A stretch of 63,008 nucleotides of DNA, filler included, from Clostridia bacterium (GCA_041662985.1; 3 parts of 3 records of this genome joined end to end with filler, not necessarily neighbours in it); one strand, 5' to 3'. Positions 50,486-60,979 are shown, numbered from the whole stretch's first letter. Numbers and translations: made by a program. Notes: generated by a model not told the origin, from the letters alone.

Positions 50486-51154
50486 ATGAAGAAGACAGAT
50501 GTGTATATAAGACTTGAAGAGGGATCTAAAATGCCGCATTATGCATCTTCTGAAGCGGCGGGCTGTGATTTGTATGCAACAGAGGATATGGCGCTGAAAC
50601 CCGGTGAAAGAAAAGTAATGCCTATGAAGTTTATTGTTGCAATCGACAATGATATTGAAATCCAGATAAGACCGAGAAGCGGACTCTCTTTGAAAACAGA
50701 CCTTAGAATTCCTAACAGTCCGGGAACTATAGACAGCGATTATCGCGACATGGTAGGAGTTATAATTGAAAACACATACAATATCGCAAATATGCCATAT
50801 CAAATCGCCGGGAATCCGAACCTTCTAAAAACATTAGATGAAGAGTGCACAATTGTGCGTCTTTTGGAATACCTTGAATCAAATAAAAATACCGACACAG
50901 AAATAGCGGAAGCTTCAGAAATCCATACGATTTTTGAGAAGGACAAGATGTCTTCGATTTTGGACATCGATATTCTGATTGATAAAAAAGGCAATCCTTA
51001 CGGGACCATATACATCAAGAAGGGTGACAGAATTGCACAAATGGTTTTCTCAGAATGCAGACATGCAAACTTCATTACGCATGACAAACCTGAAACAATA
51101 GGCAAAAACAGAGGCGGCGGCTTTGGCCACAGCGGAATCTCATCACACGAGTAA
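50486..51154 (+). CDS. dut: dUTP diphosphatase (trimeric type) with internal insertion
   Basis: AAGCDL, RPRSGL, PGTIDSDYR, GDRIAQ, RGGGFGHSG. Confidence 0.9.
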   Translation: MKKTDVYIRLEEGSKMPHYASSEAAGCDLYATEDMALKPGERKVMPMKFIVAIDNDIEIQIRPRSGLSLKTDLRIPNSPGTIDSDYRDMVGVIIENTYNIANMPYQIAGNPNLLKTLDEECTIVRLLEYLESNKNTDTEIAEASEIHTIFEKDKMSSILDIDILIDKKGNPYGTIYIKKGDRIAQMVFSECRHANFITHDKPETIGKNRGGGFGHSGISSHE

Positions 51155-51196
51155 TTATCTAAAATATATCAGGGGAATTTTTCGAGGTGAATTTAA

Positions 51197-52969
51197 ATTT
51201 TAATACATGGAAATATTGATTCAATTAAGAAGACTGTTTTAAATGACATTGAAGCAATGTACGATTTCGAGGCGACGACCGATGGATTTGTACCTGTGGA
51301 GATAGCTGAAAAACTGGCTGTTTTCACGACACAAATAAATCGCGAAATTGCTGTATATATGGACCGCAGAGGAAAAATCCACTCAATCAGCATTGGAGAC
51401 AATGCGACTGTCAGCTTACCCGAGATAGAAGAAAGAACTCATTCTTCAAGACTTTCGGGAATTCGCTGCATTCATACACATCCAAACTCTGACGGAATGT
51501 TGTCCAACCTTGATCTGAGGTCGCTATTAACTCTAGGGCTTGATTCAATTATAGCTTTGGGGGTTAAAAACAGTGCAGTAATTGATGTGTATGTTGCGTT
51601 GCCAACGAGAAATGATTCCGGTATTTTAGATAGCACCGAAACTTTTGGTCCTTTCAAAATCGGCGATCTTTCGCTCGATGATTTTTTCGATTCAATTAAA
51701 GAGATTGATAAGTCCTATACCAATTTGCTTTACAAGAACAGCGAGAGTTCAGATGAAAGAGCGATTCTTATATCAGGAGACAGCGATACTTCATTGGATG
51801 AGCTTGAAGAGCTTGCAAAGACTGCCAATGTAGAGGTGTTAAAAAAGGTTCTGCAAAAAAACGCGACAAAAAATTCGGCATTATTTATCGGAAAAGGAAT
51901 GGCTGAAAATCTTAGATTACTTTGTCAGTCGATGGCTGCGAATGTTGTCATATTTGATGATGAGTTGTCGGGTATGCAGGTTAGAAATTTGGAGGAAATT
52001 GTCGGTGTAAAAATAATCGACAGGACAGTGTTGATTCTTGATATTTTTGCAAATAGAGCCGGATCAAAAGAAGGAAAGCTTCAGGTTGAACTGGCGCAAT
52101 TAAAATACAATCTCCCGAGACTGATGGGAGTCGGAGCATCAATGTCAAGACTCGGCGGCGGAATAGGTACAAGAGGTCCCGGAGAGAAAAAGCTCGAGGT
52201 TGACAGAAGGAATATAAAGAGAAGGATACTCTTCTTAGAAACAGAACTCAAGGGTGTAAGTAAAAGAAGAAACTTCTTACGAGAGGGAAGACGCAAAAAA
52301 AGTTTGCCCGTAGTATCTTTGGTTGGTTATACAAACGCCGGCAAATCGACTCTTTTAAATAAATTAAGCGGTTCGGATGTTTTTGTCGAAGACAAACTTT
52401 TTGCAACGCTAGACCCGACTGCAAGAGGATTTAAACTGCCTGACGGCAGGGAGATACTGATAATAGATACTGTTGGATTTATAAGAAAACTGCCGCATGA
52501 ATTGATCAATGCATTTAAGTCAACACTTGAGGAAGCTGTGTATGCTGATCTTCTGCTGCATATAGTTGATGCTTCTTCAAACGAAGCAGATGAGCAAATT
52601 AAGGTTGTTAATGAATTGCTCGATTCAATGGGGGTTTTGAATAAACCGATTATTACAGTTTTCAATAAATTGGATCTGGCAAATAATAAATCACGACCTA
52701 CACTTGACTTCTATGGCAGGAAACCCGTTGAAATATCAGCGACTACAGGATTTGGCATTGAAAAATTAGTCAGCGAAATTGAAGATCTGCTACCGGAGGA
52801 CGAAATTGAATTAAATCTCTTTATTCCTTTTAATTCGGCAAAAACTTTAAATTATATTCATGAAAACAGTAAAATTTTAAGCAAGAATTATACCGAAGAC
52901 GGAGTTGAGATATCAATGCTTATAAGCAAAAATAAAGTCGAAAAAATAAATAAGTTCATAAAAAATTAA
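51197..52969 (+). CDS. hflX: GTPase HflX (long form)
   Basis: HTHP N-domain, EGKLQVELAQL, GTRGPGE, GYTNAGKST, LFATLD, DTVGFI, NKLD; start inferred at ATT 51197 (first ATG 51257). Confidence 0.93.
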   Translation: MLIHGNIDSIKKTVLNDIEAMYDFEATTDGFVPVEIAEKLAVFTTQINREIAVYMDRRGKIHSISIGDNATVSLPEIEERTHSSRLSGIRCIHTHPNSDGMLSNLDLRSLLTLGLDSIIALGVKNSAVIDVYVALPTRNDSGILDSTETFGPFKIGDLSLDDFFDSIKEIDKSYTNLLYKNSESSDERAILISGDSDTSLDELEELAKTANVEVLKKVLQKNATKNSALFIGKGMAENLRLLCQSMAANVVIFDDELSGMQVRNLEEIVGVKIIDRTVLILDIFANRAGSKEGKLQVELAQLKYNLPRLMGVGASMSRLGGGIGTRGPGEKKLEVDRRNIKRRILFLETELKGVSKRRNFLREGRRKKSLPVVSLVGYTNAGKSTLLNKLSGSDVFVEDKLFATLDPTARGFKLPDGREILIIDTVGFIRKLPHELINAFKSTLEEAVYADLLLHIVDASSNEADEQIKVVNELLDSMGVLNKPIITVFNKLDLANNKSRPTLDFYGRKPVEISATTGFGIEKLVSEIEDLLPEDEIELNLFIPFNSAKTLNYIHENSKILSKNYTEDGVEISMLISKNKVEKINKFIKN

Positions 52970-53095
52970 TAATAAACAGGTAAAATATTATTGAATAAAA
53001 AAACAATATAGGTTAAGATATAAATAGAATATTTAATGTTTAATCTTGCATTTCGAGATAGTTTCATACAATAAAATATGAAAGGGGTCTTTATT

Positions 53096-53509
53096 ATGCT
53101 CGTTAGGAACTGTGCCGGTGGGGTCGTGTTTTCGGGTGACAAGGTTTTACTCCTTAGAAATGAAAAGGGCGAATGGGTTCTGCCGAAAGGCGTTATGAAA
53201 AACGGAGATTCATCAAATGAGGTTGCTCTAAGAAGAGTTAAAGAAGAAACGGGTATATGCGCCGAAATCATTTCTGCAATTGGCCACACGAACTACGAAT
53301 TCTTTTCTGTAACACGTCAACGTCCTGTCTGCAACAAGATTACCTGGTATATTATGAAATCCCCTGAAGATAATTTAAAAATAATAAATGAAGAGCAATT
53401 TACTGAGGGCGGTTTTTTTCAAATAGATGATGCGATAAGTAAAATTACATACAGTCAGGATAAATCGTTGCTTAATTTATCCTTCAGGAAGTTAAGAAAT
53501 CTGGCATAA
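53096..53509 (+). CDS. NUDIX hydrolase
   Basis: WVLPKG...ALRRVKEETG. Confidence 0.87.
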   Translation: MLVRNCAGGVVFSGDKVLLLRNEKGEWVLPKGVMKNGDSSNEVALRRVKEETGICAEIISAIGHTNYEFFSVTRQRPVCNKITWYIMKSPEDNLKIINEEQFTEGGFFQIDDAISKITYSQDKSLLNLSFRKLRNLA

Positions 53510-53574
53510 CATAAAAAAAGTGATAAAATAGATGATAGAGAATATTCTGTCATCTTTTTTTATTTTGGGGGTTT

Positions 53575-54213
53575 ATGTTGCAAAAAGAATATAAAACGAT
53601 TTTGGGTGATTCCCATGCAAAATATGAAGAAAAAAAGTCGAAATTTATTGCTCATGCGAAGTCAGTTTCTGACGAAAAGGAAGCGCTGGAGTTTATAAAT
53701 TCCAAAAGGACGGAATTCTGGGATGCAACCCACAATGTTTTTTCGTATAATGTCTTTGAAGAAAACTTTATCCAAAGATCGAGCGATGACGGTGAACCTC
53801 AGGGAACAGCAGGGTTACCTGTTATGGAAATAATAAATAAATCGGGTTTGCAGAATATTGTAATAGTTGTCACGAGGTATTTTGGTGGAACTCAGCTCGG
53901 TGCATCCGGCCTTATCCGTGCATATGGAAAGAGCGCCTCATTATGTATTGATGCGGCGGTTATTATTAAAAAGGTTTTGTGTTATGAAATTAATCTGATG
54001 TTCGAATATTCGTTGATCGGAAAGCTACAAAATAATTTGATGCAAAAGGGTTATGAAATAAAAAATACGAAATATGAGAAAGATGTCGAAATGACGGTGC
54101 TTGTTCCGTACGATGAATTTGAAAAGTTTACGGGAATTGTAAACGAAGCATTGAATGCGAGAGTCATTATTGACGTTGGTGACAAGGTTTATCAGACAAT
54201 AAAATTAACATAA
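53575..54213 (+). CDS. YigZ/IMPACT family protein
   Basis: KKSKFI, DATHN, DDGEPQGTAG, VTRYFGG..LIRAY. Confidence 0.93.
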   Translation: MLQKEYKTILGDSHAKYEEKKSKFIAHAKSVSDEKEALEFINSKRTEFWDATHNVFSYNVFEENFIQRSSDDGEPQGTAGLPVMEIINKSGLQNIVIVVTRYFGGTQLGASGLIRAYGKSASLCIDAAVIIKKVLCYEINLMFEYSLIGKLQNNLMQKGYEIKNTKYEKDVEMTVLVPYDEFEKFTGIVNEALNARVIIDVGDKVYQTIKLT

Positions 54214-54356
54214 TAACTTTATTAATTTTGGATTTAATATTATAATTTAAAGTGCGTAACAAATTTGCAGCATACATTGCAATCAAAAGCGCTTAACGAT
54301 TTTGCATTTAATGAAATTCAAAATATCAGTTTTAAAAAGATAAGAGGAGGATTTTT

Positions 54357-55085
54357 ATGTCCGGCCATTCGAAATTTGCAAATATAAAGCACAGAAAAGA
54401 AAAATCAGATTCACAGAGAGCAAAGATTTTCACAAAGATAGGAAGAGAAATTGCGGTTGTTGTAAAACAGGGAGGAGCAGACCCTGAGGGCAATTCAAAG
54501 CTTAAGGATGTCATTGCAAAGGCCAAAGCTGCCAATGTTCCAAATGATACTATTGCGAGAAGCATAAAAAAAGCTGCGGGCGATATTGATTCGACAAATT
54601 ATGAGGAAATATCCTATGAAGGCTACGGACCGGGCGGAGTAGCAGTTATTGTCGAAACAATGACCGATAACCGAAACAGAACTGCAGCTGAAATACGACA
54701 TTCTTTTGACAAATACGGCGGAAACATGGGAACGACCGGATGTGTCACATTTATGTTCAATAAAATGGGGGTCATATTAATTGAGCAAACCGGGAAAATC
54801 GACGAAGAAAAGCTGATGACGGAATTATTGGATTATGGCATAGAAGATTTTAATGTTGAGGATGAATACATAGAAATTCTTACTGACCCGGGCAGTTTTT
54901 CTGAAGTCAGAGAAGCACTCGAGAAGAAGGGATTTGAGTTTGAGCAGGCTGAAGTGTCAATGGTTCCGGCAACGATGACAAAGCTCACAGATGCCAGGCA
55001 AGCGGAATTGATGGAGAAGCTGATTGACAGCATGGAAGAATTGGATGACGTTTTGAACATATATCATAATTGGGAACAGGAATAA
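54357..55085 (+). CDS. YebC/PmpR family protein
   Basis: MSGHSKFANIKHRK, YEGYGPGG, TDNRNRT, DDVLNIYHN. Confidence 0.96.
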   Translation: MSGHSKFANIKHRKEKSDSQRAKIFTKIGREIAVVVKQGGADPEGNSKLKDVIAKAKAANVPNDTIARSIKKAAGDIDSTNYEEISYEGYGPGGVAVIVETMTDNRNRTAAEIRHSFDKYGGNMGTTGCVTFMFNKMGVILIEQTGKIDEEKLMTELLDYGIEDFNVEDEYIEILTDPGSFSEVREALEKKGFEFEQAEVSMVPATMTKLTDARQAELMEKLIDSMEELDDVLNIYHNWEQE

Positions 55086-55137
55086 AAAAAATTATCATAT
55101 ATGTTGACAAAGAAAAATGTAATGATACAATATATTG

Positions 55138-55270
55138 TGTAATACAAATTTTATACAGCGATGTTACTTTTTAAGAACATTCTAAGGCCACTGAAGATAA
55201 AACATTTTCAGGACACAAAAGAAGAGTTATCCGGGAAAAGAAAAGAGAGTGCGAACTCTCTTTTCCCTTT
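55138..55270 (+). ncRNA. Candidate small RNA (unassigned)
   Basis: TTGACA-16-TACAAT with extended TG (55104-55131), then GAAAAGAGAGT-GCGA-ACTCTCTTTTC terminator; no RBS-led ORF. Confidence 0.45.
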
Positions 55271-55338
55271 TATAAAAGGTCTTTTTATGGTAAAATAATA
55301 TCTAGTTCTAAAAAGTTATTCGGCTGGGGGAAAAGATT

Positions 55339-56217
55339 TTGAAAGTAATTGGATTTGTAGGACCAAGCGGTTCCGGAAAAAGTCACAGAGCTGCCTGGGT
55401 TGCCAGAGAAAACGATACGGATTTCATAATAGACGATGGACTTCTAATCCGTGGCAATACTATCATTTCAGGTTCATCAGCGAAGAGGGAAAAAACAAGA
55501 ATCGGTTCAATAAAAAGGGCTATTTTTAACAATGAATTGCATGCACAGGAAATTATCAAAACCATTTCTTCATTCAAACCTGAAGCAATATTAATATTGG
55601 GAACCTCCGACGAAATGATTGAAAAAATAGCTAAACGTCTTAATTTTGGCGCTGTTGATAAAATAATAAATATAACAGATGTTGCAAGCGAATTTGAAAT
55701 AGATTTGGCACTATCCACAAGAAAGGAACAGGGTAAGCACGTCATACCGGTTCCGACATTCGAAATCAAGAAAGATTTCTCAGGTTATTTCCTAGACCCG
55801 CTTCAAATTTTCAAAAGAAAGGGTAAAGGAAGTTATCAGCTGATTGGCGAAAAGTCAGTAGTCAGGCCAACATTCAGTTACATGGGCAACTACACGATTT
55901 CAGACTATACCGTTTATCAGATAATCGAATATGTGACTTCAACAATAGAAGGTGTAAATAAGATTTCAAGATTCAGAGCCGAAAATCATCCTGACGGAAT
56001 TCAACTGGAACTCGACCTGGTTCTTGTATACGGGTACCCAATTAAAACTCTTTTAAAAGATGTTCAGAAGAAGGTAAGAAGCGAGGTTGAACGGCTGACT
56101 GCGCTTAATATTATAAGGCTTGATGTCAATGCGAAGAGTCTTGTCATTGATAAAAACACTTCAAAAGAAAAAGGTAATGAAGATATGGGAACTAAAGACG
56201 ATGCGGCCGTTATTTAA
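55339..56217 (+). CDS. P-loop protein with C-terminal Asp23/Gls24 domain
   Basis: GPSGSGKS, IIDDGLLI, GKHVIPVPT, EKSVVRP, VQKKVRSEVERLTALN. Confidence 0.8.
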   Translation: MKVIGFVGPSGSGKSHRAAWVARENDTDFIIDDGLLIRGNTIISGSSAKREKTRIGSIKRAIFNNELHAQEIIKTISSFKPEAILILGTSDEMIEKIAKRLNFGAVDKIINITDVASEFEIDLALSTRKEQGKHVIPVPTFEIKKDFSGYFLDPLQIFKRKGKGSYQLIGEKSVVRPTFSYMGNYTISDYTVYQIIEYVTSTIEGVNKISRFRAENHPDGIQLELDLVLVYGYPIKTLLKDVQKKVRSEVERLTALNIIRLDVNAKSLVIDKNTSKEKGNEDMGTKDDAAVI

Positions 56218-56890
56218 AGTCTGTGAAACCTGTGATTTTTTGAATGCTTCTTGGGACCGAATCCTTTGAATTTCCCCACGGTTCATCGGCAAAGCGATAG
56301 TCGGATTTTTTATTAAACCAGGCAATTTCCTTTTCAATTCTTTCCATGTTTTCAATTTGAATAGGCACGAGATTTTTCATGAATTCTTTGGCAACTTTTG
56401 GCTTGAGATATTTTTTTGTTCCTTTGACTAACGTTCGGAAATGCTTTAAACAAAAGCCTTTGCTATTACTGAAAGCCTCCCTGAAATCAGGTTCATTAAG
56501 CCAGAGATAAAATATCACATCAATGTATCTATTCATCGTAAAGTTAATTTTGTCGCAAATCATGCAGCTTTTTTCAAGCTTCTTGAGATTGTTATTCAGA
56601 TTCTCAGCATCTTTTGATTTTTTCAGTATCTTGATTTGCTCAGCCAGATGGGTTTCTATAATAAGTCCCAGACCCTGTGTGTTAATTCTGCTGTTATATA
56701 AAAGCTCATAGTGGCTGTGACAAAACCCCTTAATATTTGATTCGATTCTCGAATCGGGCTCCATAAGCGAGGGGCCGAGGATATATTCTATGCATTCGTT
56801 TTCAATTTTTTGCTCAAGCAGACATAAAGGGCATTCACAGTCTGTTGCAAAAACTTCATTGACGGGGATGGTATAAATTTTCTCTTTCAT
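56210..56890 (-). CDS. DUF6062-like Cys-rich protein
   Basis: MKEKIYTIPV..ECPLC..GFCHSH..CMIC..GFCLKH; ATG 56890 with GGAG RBS (ORF-track start 57154 is over-extended). Confidence 0.75.
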   Translation of the reverse strand: MKEKIYTIPVNEVFATDCECPLCLLEQKIENECIEYILGPSLMEPDSRIESNIKGFCHSHYELLYNSRINTQGLGLIIETHLAEQIKILKKSKDAENLNNNLKKLEKSCMICDKINFTMNRYIDVIFYLWLNEPDFREAFSNSKGFCLKHFRTLVKGTKKYLKPKVAKEFMKNLVPIQIENMERIEKEIAWFNKKSDYRFADEPWGNSKDSVPRSIQKITGFTDFK

Positions 56891-56962
56891 TATAGTCTCC
56901 GATTTAATAAAATATATTTGTTCAATTGTAATTATATCAAAAAAATATGGGGAGATATACAT

Positions 56963-57028
56963 TGAGAAGTGAGAAGTGAGAAGTGGGAAGTGAGAAGTGG
57001 GGGGTGGGAAGTGAGAGGTGGGAAGTGA
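56963..57028. repeat. Heptamer tandem repeat (TGRGAAG) x9
   Basis: TGAGAAG TGAGAAG TGAGAAG TGGGAAG TGAGAAG TGGGGGG TGGGAAG TGAGAGG TGGGAAG TGA. Confidence 0.9.
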
Positions 57029-57073
57029 TATGTCGGGGGCGAATTTGAACGCGTGAATATAGGAGGTTAACCG

Positions 57074-57961
57074 TTGGAATATAAAGGGCTTAACATTATT
57101 GAGGGAAAGAATAAAATCGAAGTGTCGGGTATCAAGGACTTTAATCCTACGCACATTTTTGAATGCGGTCAGTGTTTCAGATGGAACAGACAGGATGACG
57201 GTTCTTTTACAGGCGTTGCGAAAAACAGGGTTATCAAAGTCCGTATGAATGACGATAAGCTTGAAATCGAGAATTCCGATACAAAAGATTTCATTGATAT
57301 TTGGTATGACTATTTTGATCTTGGAACCGACTATTCTGCAATTAAGGAAAAATTAAAGAAAGATGTTATTTTGAAAGAAGCTGTCGAATTTGGATACGGT
57401 ATGAGAATTTTGCGCCAGGATATCTGGGAGACGCTGATGTCATTTATTTTGTCGGCAAATAACAGAATTCCGATGATTATGAGAACTGTTGATTCAATTG
57501 CAAAAAGATTTGGAGAAAAAGTCGAATTTGATGGAAAGTTATATTATTTGTTTCCTGAAAGTTCAACTCTTGCAAAGACTGATGTTAAGGCACTTCAGAT
57601 ATGTGGGGGCGGTTTCAGGTGCAAATATTTAGACAAAACGATTAAGATGGTCAACGATGGAATTGTCGATTTAACCGGTATTGAGAATATGGATACGGAT
57701 GCTGCCCGCAATGAATTAAAAAGATTTCCGGGTGTCGGGAATAAAGTTGCTGACTGCACACTACTCTACAGTGCCGGAAAGCACGAGGTTTTTCCGACTG
57801 ATGTCTGGGTTAAAAGGATTATGGAGTTTTTATATTTTGGAAGAGAAGCAACGATGAACGAAATTCAGGTGTTTTCGAAGGAGGCTTTCGGTGGTTTGGC
57901 CGGATACGCTCAGCAGTATTTGTTTTATTATGCAAGAGAAAATCGGTTGGGTTGCGATTGA
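57074..57961 (+). CDS. 8-oxoguanine DNA glycosylase (Ogg)
   Basis: FECGQCFRW, RILRQD, SANNRI, HhH PGVGNKVADC, FPTDVW, AGYAQQYLF. Confidence 0.92.
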   Translation: MEYKGLNIIEGKNKIEVSGIKDFNPTHIFECGQCFRWNRQDDGSFTGVAKNRVIKVRMNDDKLEIENSDTKDFIDIWYDYFDLGTDYSAIKEKLKKDVILKEAVEFGYGMRILRQDIWETLMSFILSANNRIPMIMRTVDSIAKRFGEKVEFDGKLYYLFPESSTLAKTDVKALQICGGGFRCKYLDKTIKMVNDGIVDLTGIENMDTDAARNELKRFPGVGNKVADCTLLYSAGKHEVFPTDVWVKRIMEFLYFGREATMNEIQVFSKEAFGGLAGYAQQYLFYYARENRLGCD

Positions 57962-58095
57962 TTGAGCAAAATGAAGACTGACATCAATATTGATGCAAAA
58001 AATGATTTAGACGACCGCGGACGCTTGTTGAAGACATAATGCGAGAGTGCTATAATCAAGCTATAGAAAGAAGAAAGCGAGTTTTGAAAAAGAAA

Positions 58096-58309
58096 TATGT
58101 TTCCTGAAATGTTCGGATAAGCTTATCATTTTGAACCTACATTGAACATAAGGGAGTTCGCGTTCGGAGATGGATATCAGGCCACAGATTTAAATTCCGA
58201 CATCCGCATTAAACGGGTGCAACGGCGGCGGAAGATTGAAACCTTTGACGGGATTCCCACCTAGCTTGGGCTAGGTGTCAAAATATAAGTAAACGGCATT
58301 TTGGGTATA
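58096..58309 (+). ncRNA. ssrS: 6S RNA
   Basis: Terminal pairing CCTGAAATG / CATTTTGGG; Firmicutes 6S-like segments TTGAACC..GGGAG and CCCACCT..AGGTG.CAAAA..ACGGCA; upstream TTGAAG-17-TATAAT (58028-58056). Confidence 0.75.
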
Positions 58310-58315
58310 ATTTAG

Positions 58316-58350
58316 AAAAAAGCTTCCGTGTACCAAACGGAAGCTTTTTT
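58316..58350 (+). terminator. Intrinsic terminator after 6S RNA
   Basis: AAAAAAGCTTCCGT-GTACCAA-ACGGAAGCTTTTTT. Confidence 0.85.
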
Positions 58351-58469
58351 ATTGTAAATTTATTGCGAAATATATTGCAAATGGCGTTTTTTATTTACTT
58401 TCAGCGATTTTATTGATAAAATATTATAAAAATTTACTTTTTTCTATAGATTAAATGAGAGGTTATAAA

Positions 58470-59135
58470 ATGTTTAAAGAGATACTTTACGATGCCAGGT
58501 CAATTGCAAAAAGAGATCCCGCTGCAAGAAGCACAGCGCAGGTAATATTGCTGTACTCGGGTTTACGTGCATTGATATACTATCGTATCTCGCATTGGTT
58601 TTATAAAAAGGGCAGAAATTTTCTTGCACGGTATGTTTCCGAACTTGGCAAAAGGTCTACAGGAATTGAGATACATCCCGGTGCAACAATCGGGAGAGGT
58701 TTGTTTATTGATCACGGAATGGGTGTTGTAATAGGTGAAACAGCAGAGGTTGGTGACAATGTTACCATATATCAGGGCGCAACTTTAGGGGGGACAGGCA
58801 AAGACACAGGAAAACGTCATCCGACAATCGGAAATAATGTCTTGATAAGCAGCGGTGCAAAGATTTTGGGGCCTTTTAAGGTTGGAGACAATGCAAGAAT
58901 CGGTGCAAATGCTGTTGTTCTGAGCGAAGTTGAACCGGGAGTTACAGTAATAGGTGTGCCCGGCAGAGCTGTCAGAAGGGGTACTGAAAAGCTTTCGCCA
59001 TCAATGGCATCCGAAGAGCTTGATCAGATTCACATACCCGATCCGGTGTCGCAGGAGCTATGCAAGTTATTGTCGAGAATTGAAAACCTCGAGAAAGAGA
59101 TGTCCGATAAAGAAAACAAGGGGAGCAAAGAATGA
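58470..59135 (+). CDS. cysE: Serine O-acetyltransferase
   Basis: [40 protein letters not shown]. Confidence 0.96.
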   Translation: MFKEILYDARSIAKRDPAARSTAQVILLYSGLRALIYYRISHWFYKKGRNFLARYVSELGKRSTGIEIHPGATIGRGLFIDHGMGVVIGETAEVGDNVTIYQGATLGGTGKDTGKRHPTIGNNVLISSGAKILGPFKVGDNARIGANAVVLSEVEPGVTVIGVPGRAVRRGTEKLSPSMASEELDQIHIPDPVSQELCKLLSRIENLEKEMSDKENKGSKE

Positions 59136-60535
59136 AATTATACAATACGCTTTCGAGGAGCAAAGAGGAGTTTAAACCGATTGTTGAAAAAAAAGTTACC
59201 ATGTATTCCTGTGGTCCTACGGTTTACAACTACTTTCATATAGGCAATGCAAGGCCTTTTATTATTTTCGACACATTGAGGCGGTATTTTGATTACAGGG
59301 GCTATGACGTTAAGTTTGTGCAGAATTTTACCGATATCGACGACAAAATGATTAACCGCGCAAACGAGGAAGGTATTACAATTAAAGAGCTGGCGGACAG
59401 ATTTATTTCAGAATATTTCATAGACGCAAAGGCACTTGGAGTCCACGAACCTTCCGTATGTCCGCGCGCTACGGATAATATCGATGCAATTATCGAATTG
59501 ATTTCAAACCTTGAGAAAAAGGGTTATGCATATAATGTTGACGGCGATGTTTATTATGACACATCGAAATTTGACGGATATGGAAAACTTTCGCATCAGT
59601 CAGTTGACGATTTAAGATCCGGGGCCAGAGTAAGCATTGACGAAAGGAAAAATGATCCTATAGACTTTGCCCTCTGGAAAGCTGCAAAACCCGGAGAGCC
59701 TTCATGGGATAGCCCTTGGGGAAAGGGAAGACCGGGATGGCATATTGAATGCTCCGCAATGGCAAATAGATTTTTGGGTGAAACGATTGATATTCACAGC
59801 GGAGGACAGGACTTGATTTTCCCTCACCACGAAAATGAAATAGCACAGAGCGAAGCAGTAAACGGCAAGCCTTTTGCAAATTACTGGCTGCACAATGGTT
59901 TCATTAATGTTGACAACGAAAAAATGTCGAAGTCTGCCGGAAATTTCTTTACAGTCAGAGAAATCGCAAAGAAATTTGATTATGAAATGATTAGATTTTT
60001 CATGCTCTCTGCCCATTACAGAAGTCCTATAAATTTCAGCGCTGAGCTTCTTGAACAGTCTAAAAACGGATTAGACAGGATATACCAATGTCTTGGCAAC
60101 CTTGAATATAATCTTGTAAACGCAAAAGATGATAAAATCAGCAAAAAAGGAACCGGAATTATTGAAAATCTAGAGAAGTTGAAAGTGAAATTCATTGAGG
60201 CAATGGATGACGATATTAATACGGCGGCTGCGATTTCGGTTATATTTGAAATTGTAAAAGAAGTAAACGTTGAAATTCTCGCAGATGAAAATGCTTCGAA
60301 GGAATTAATTAATTTTTCGATTTCATTAATAAAAGAACTCGGAGATGTACTCGGAATCCTTCAGAAGAAGGAAGACTGCAGTATTGAAAATGAGATTGAA
60401 GAACTTATTGAAAAACGCCAACAGGCAAGAGCAGATAGAGACTGGAAGCTTGCTGATGAAATCAGAGACACATTAAACAGTAAAGGTATATTGCTTGAGG
60501 ATACACCGCAGGGAGTCAAGTGGAGGAAGGCTTAA
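59132..60535 (+). CDS. cysS: Cysteine-tRNA ligase
   Basis: [36 protein letters not shown]. Confidence 0.98.
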   Translation: MKLYNTLSRSKEEFKPIVEKKVTMYSCGPTVYNYFHIGNARPFIIFDTLRRYFDYRGYDVKFVQNFTDIDDKMINRANEEGITIKELADRFISEYFIDAKALGVHEPSVCPRATDNIDAIIELISNLEKKGYAYNVDGDVYYDTSKFDGYGKLSHQSVDDLRSGARVSIDERKNDPIDFALWKAAKPGEPSWDSPWGKGRPGWHIECSAMANRFLGETIDIHSGGQDLIFPHHENEIAQSEAVNGKPFANYWLHNGFINVDNEKMSKSAGNFFTVREIAKKFDYEMIRFFMLSAHYRSPINFSAELLEQSKNGLDRIYQCLGNLEYNLVNAKDDKISKKGTGIIENLEKLKVKFIEAMDDDINTAAAISVIFEIVKEVNVEILADENASKELINFSISLIKELGDVLGILQKKEDCSIENEIEELIEKRQQARADRDWKLADEIRDTLNSKGILLEDTPQGVKWRKA

Positions 60536-60539
60536 AGAT

Positions 60540-60977
60540 ATGCAAAATGATTTTTTCGAAAAAATTTCAGATAAAATGAATTTAACAGCAGAGGAAATAA
60601 ACCAGCTATCCCCATTAGTTTTAGCCTACATTGGGGATTCTGTTTATGAAGTTCTGGTTCGCACATATATGGTGAGCGAAAACGGTCAACTGTCGGTAAA
60701 CAAGCTTCACAGAAATTCAATCGGTTTCGTAAAGGCACACGCACAATCAGAAACAGTTCACAGACTGATGGATTTGCTGAATGAAGATGAATTGAATATC
60801 GTCAGACGCGGTAGAAATTCAAAGTCCGGAACCGTGCCGAAAAACGCTGATTTGACAGAATACAAATATGCGACCGGATTTGAAGCATTGATTGGATATC
60901 TGTATTTGAAAAAAGATTTTAACAGATTGACGGAAGTGTTTTTCAGGGCAGTGGACGTAAGTAAAAATAAGGATTGA
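60540..60977 (+). CDS. mrnC: Mini-ribonuclease III
   Basis: LAYIGDSVYE, VKAHAQ, RRGRN, ATGFEALIGYLY. Confidence 0.93.
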   Translation: MQNDFFEKISDKMNLTAEEINQLSPLVLAYIGDSVYEVLVRTYMVSENGQLSVNKLHRNSIGFVKAHAQSETVHRLMDLLNEDELNIVRRGRNSKSGTVPKNADLTEYKYATGFEALIGYLYLKKDFNRLTEVFFRAVDVSKNKD

Positions 60978-60979
60978 GG

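Noticed and set aside
56891..57154. N-terminal extension (PTSHF repeats) of the minus-strand ORF
   Set aside because: It comes from reading through the heptamer repeat and overlaps ogg; a better start with RBS exists at 56890.
58090..58350. Cys T-box leader for cysE-cysS
   Set aside because: No GGTGG.ACC T-box motif; the structure fits 6S RNA with its own terminator, and cysE has a separate candidate promoter.
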